Part shown: in pieces, positions 34,495 to 34,885 of the stretch
Position numbering within the stretch: the first letter of the stretch is position 1
Layout: every line of letters starts with the position of its first letter
DNA from: Octopus bimaculoides
Taxonomy: Eukaryota
Assembly: GCF_001194135.2 (NCBI RefSeq)
Contig: NC_068996.1
Coordinates: forward strand, 16,881,819-16,916,703
Length of the DNA: 34,885 nt
Direction: 5' to 3'
Made by a program: the position numbers and the translations under genes
Notes under the pieces: model-generated
Database searches by the model: none
What the model was told of the DNA's origin: nothing
Seen by the model: the letters and a program-made list of their open reading frames with translations, nothing else

Positions 34495-34829
34495 TAAAAC
34501 AGTTTGATTCAGTCTCATGCAGAATCAAATTGATTTAAATAATACTCCTACCAAATGTGTTGAGAGCCTCTGTCTTTCATTTGATCGTTCACTCATGTGT
34601 GTATCTTTCTTTTATATTTTATCTTATATTTGTTTCAGTCATTAGACTATGGCCATGCTGGGGTACCACTTTGAAGAATTTTTAATCAAATGAATCAACC
34701 CTAGTACATATTTTTTCAAAGCCTGGGACTAATTCCATTGGTCTCTTGTTTCTGAACTGCTAAGTTATGGGAACATAAACACACCAGCACCAGTTGTCAA
34801 CTGGTGGTGGGGGACAAAAATAGACACAA

Positions 34830-34885
<56 letters not shown>

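Larger units (their letters stand above)
2417..34885. repeat. Dispersed microsatellites: (TG/CA)n, (TA)n, (GA)n, (TACA)n, (CTAT)n, (AAT)n, (GGT/GTT)n
   Basis: Examples: (TG)n 2417-2470, (TA)n 2751-2812, (GA)n 5724-5778 and 23681-23750, (AAT)n 27206-27300 and 27875-27960, (TG)n 32142-32202, (CA)n 34832-34885. Confidence 0.98.

Overview
AT-rich, microsatellite-rich animal genomic DNA with nine assembly gaps. The repeat types suggest an octopus draft assembly, but this is inference. The only host coding sequence I can support is one 189-nt internal exon (20231-20419, minus strand, AG/GTAAGT splice sites, phase 1-1) of a polypeptide N-acetylgalactosaminyltransferase most like GALNT10; it carries the DxH motif. 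No neighbouring exon was recognised, so the rest is probably intron. It is filled with at least four tRNA-derived SINE families, RTE-type and R4/Dong-type LINE fragments, a Penelope-like fragment, a decayed mariner and several MITEs. The unexplained signal is a set of type-I hammerhead-ribozyme-like motifs from apparently unrelated repeat families. One is fully canonical (7411-7510), one is near-intact (16742-16791), one is a minimal variant with a CUGUUGA core on the gene's sense strand (18218-18254), and three are decayed (5342, 17885, 20022). All were found and folded by eye; none has been tested. Most long ORFs in the supplied track are microsatellite or N-gap artefacts.
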